Shown piece by piece: positions 33,265-34,724 of a DNA stretch of 34,724 nt (positions within the stretch are counted from its first letter, which is position 1; the number at the start of each line of letters is the position of its first letter). Both the position numbers and the translations under genes were made by a program. The DNA lies in contig NC_068984.1 in NCBI RefSeq assembly GCF_001194135.2, forward strand, positions 37,381,831 through 37,416,554, given 5' to 3'. The notes under the pieces were generated by a model. That model was not told the DNA's origin and made no database searches. It saw only the letters and a list, made by a program, of their open reading frames with translations. Origin of the DNA: Octopus bimaculoides. Lineage: Eukaryota.

Positions 33265-34076
33265 NNNNNNNNNNNNNNNNNNNNNNNNNNNNNNNNNNNN
33301 NNNNNNNNNNNNNNNNNNNNNNNNNNNNNNNNNNNNNNNNNNNNNNNNNNNNNNNNNNNNNNNNNNNNNNNNNNNNNNNNNNNNNNNNNNNNNNNNNNNN
33401 NNNNNNNNNNNNNNNNNNNNNNNNNNNNNNNNNNNNNNNNNNNNNNNNNNNNNNNNNNNNNNNNNNNNNNNNNNNNNNNNNNNNNNNNNNNNNNNNNNNN
33501 NNNNNNNNNNNNNNNNNNNNNNNNNNNNNNNNNNNNNNNNNNNNNNNNNNNNNNNNNNNNNNNNNNNNNNNNNNNNNNNNNNNNNNNNNNNNNNNNNNNN
33601 NNNNNNNNNNNNNNNNNNNNNNNNNNNNNNNNNNNNNNNNNNNNNNNNNNNNNNNNNNNNNNNNNNNNNNNNNNNNNNNNNNNNNNNNNNNNNNNNNNNN
33701 NNNNNNNNNNNNNNNNNNNNNNNNNNNNNNNNNNNNNNNNNNNNNNNNNNNNNNNNNNNNNNNNNNNNNNNNNNNNNNNNNNNNNNNNNNNNNNNNNNNN
33801 NNNNNNNNNNNNNNNNNNNNNNNNNNNNNNNNNNNNNNNNNNNNNNNNNNNNNNNNNNNNNNNNNNNNNNNNNNNNNNNNNNNNNNNNNNNNNNNNNNNN
33901 NNNNNNNNNNNNNNNNNNNNNNNNNNNNNNNNNNNNNNNNNNNNNNNNNNNNNNNNNNNNNNNNNNNNNNNNNNNNNNNNNNNNNNNNNNNNNNNNNNNN
34001 NNNNNNNNNNNNNNNNNNNNNNNNNNNNNNNNNNNNNNNNNNNNNNNNNNNNNNNNNNNNNNNNNNNNNNNNNNNN
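33265..34076. other. Assembly gap (N)
   Basis: Run of N. Confidence 0.99.
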
Positions 34077-34377
34077 GGGAGAGAGAGGGAGAGAGAGGGA
34101 GAGAGAGGGAGAGAGGGAGAGAGGGAGAGAGACAGACAAATAAATACACACATACATGTACACATGCATACATACATACATACATACATACATACATACT
34201 TTATTTTGGAGCTTATCCTGGTCACAGTCATGTATAAGCTACGGAGATTACAAATACTCCGCACTGACATGGACAACGGTCTCTTACAGGAACAGTCCCC
34301 GCCCAGCTGTGGCTGGTACTCCATTTCAGCTCAGTAAATATGTGTGTTTGTGTCTATGTATGTATATGTATAGTGAA

Positions 34378-34697
34378 AGCGAGAGACTTAGTGGTTACAT
34401 AATTCGGCTAATGGTCGTAGGGACGAGGGTTCGATTCCCGGCGATGCGTTGTGTCCTTCACTAAGACACTTTATTTCACGTTGCTCCAGTCCACTCAGCT
34501 GGCAAAAATGAGTCGTTTGTATTAGAAAGGGTTAGACTTGTCATATTCTCTGTCAGGTTGGTTCTCCCTGAGAACTACGTTAAGGGTGTACGTGTATCTG
34601 CGAAGTGTGCAGCCACTTGCACCTTGATTCTAGGAGCAAGCTGTGCCTCATCGGGTTAACTGGAACCTTTGTCGTCGTAACCGACGGAGTGCCAATT
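34378..34697 (+). mobile_element. tRNA-derived SINE, third head/core type
   Basis: A box tagtggtta (34389-34397), B box ggttcgattcc (34428-34438), core gtgtccttcactaagacactttatttcacgttgctccagtccactcagctg, and a body ending gtaaccgacggagtgcc followed by (TA)n. Confidence 0.85.
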
Positions 34698-34724
34698 TAT
34701 ATATATATATATATATATATATAT

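Noticed and set aside
20443-34337. Long ORFs of 300-400 aa (20443-21468, 33087-34337) and shorter ones spanning gaps
   Set aside because: They are open only because N codons are translated as X.
8975-34438. tRNA genes at A/B-box-containing sites (about 8975-9038, 14330-14411, 27970-28030, 34385-34440)
   Set aside because: No complete cloverleaf, and each continues into a SINE body; they are SINE heads.

Overview
Eukaryotic, AT-rich, microsatellite-saturated genomic DNA with six assembly gaps. The three tRNA-headed SINE families and the microsatellite load match what I recognise from octopus/coleoid cephalopod genomes (inference; no search run). I found no intact protein-coding gene, and most ORF-track entries are translations of microsatellites, N-gaps or TE antisense strands. 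Most identifiable features are decayed transposable elements: a full-length but dead DD37D (maT) Tc1/mariner element inserted into the internal TA-microsatellite of a SINE (9391-10665), an internally deleted mariner (about 21955-22775), two RTE-like LINE relics (about 10960-12320 on +, 15240-17560 on -), two different Penelope-like RT relics (about 17700-18545 on +, 24850-25780 on -), and about a dozen SINE copies or fragments. The non-TE signals most worth following up are: (i) a CpG-rich, ETS-motif-rich promoter/first-exon signature at the left edge (- strand); (ii) an old duplicated pair of about 470-bp segments (725-1200 and 2660-3135) with codon-like divergence and conserved splice-like signals; (iii) a pre-miRNA-sized hairpin at 18908-18965; (iv) a palindrome of about 160 bp bracketed by roughly 60-bp direct repeats (27479-27856). 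I see no convincing evidence of a complete novel multi-gene system; these four leads are hypotheses.
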